Assembly: GCA_963803435.1 (NCBI GenBank)
Contig: CAWDML010000007.1
Location: forward strand, 535,167 to 599,166
Length of the DNA stretch: 64,000 nt
Reading direction: 5' to 3'
Source: an uncultured delta proteobacterium
GTDB lineage: Bacteria > Myxococcota > Kuafuiibacteriia > Kuafuiibacteriales > Kuafuiibacteriaceae
Shown here: positions 63,786 to 64,000 of the stretch, in pieces
Layout of the letters: every line of letters starts with the position of its first letter
Position numbering within the stretch: the stretch's first letter is position 1
Notes under the pieces: generated by a model
Databases searched by the model: none
Told to the model about the DNA's origin: nothing
What the model saw: the letters and a program-made list of their open reading frames with translations, nothing else
Made by a program: the position numbers and the translations under genes

Positions 63786-64000
63786 CATCTTACCCTCCGC
63801 TGACAGCGGCACAGGTCGGGATCGACACCACCAGGGCGATCACGCGGCCATCTTCAAGTGCGGTGGCGCCTCGAACCGCCCCAGAATTTCCTTCAGCGTC
63901 GCCAAGTCATCCCACTTACCGTTCTCGTAGAAGACGCTCAACATCTCTGCTTCTCCTAACAGTGCCGGCTACGCTCCAGCCATCGTGACCAGCCGGTCAC

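Larger units (their letters stand above)
58295..64000. mobile_element. Integrative element / prophage-like island beside tRNA-Arg (continues beyond window)
   Basis: Integrase next to tRNA 3' end, visibly more AT-rich sequence, phage-like small genes. Confidence 0.75.

Overview
GC-rich window made of two unrelated segments joined at about 54650. Segment 1 (1-54650) is Myxococcota-like: MYXO-CTERM proteins, Ser/Thr kinase, ECF sigma/anti-sigma/caspase-like cluster, bactofilin and many lipoproteins. Its main element is a minus-strand retron operon: a truncated alpha-solenoid gene, a 2339-aa WD40+HEAT protein, a degenerate-SWIM/WGR-like protein, an intact msr-msd ncRNA (44574-44884), an Mx162-like reverse transcriptase and a WGR protein, resembling type XIII retrons. 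Segment 1 also holds a 3128-aa ORF that looks like a three-part surface polyprotein, with two internal MYXO-CTERM anchors each followed directly by a new signal peptide, and a 51-bp in-frame repeat shared by two unrelated genes. Segment 2 (54650-64000) looks alphaproteobacterial: a truncated CoxL/XdhA-family gene, glpD, tRNA-Arg(CCT) and an adjacent integrative element (tyrosine integrase, GIY-YIG nuclease, PolA-like palm protein). Many single-base frameshifts suggest indel-prone long-read data, and the junction is probably an assembly or read chimera. All calls come from motif recognition by eye; no database searches were run.
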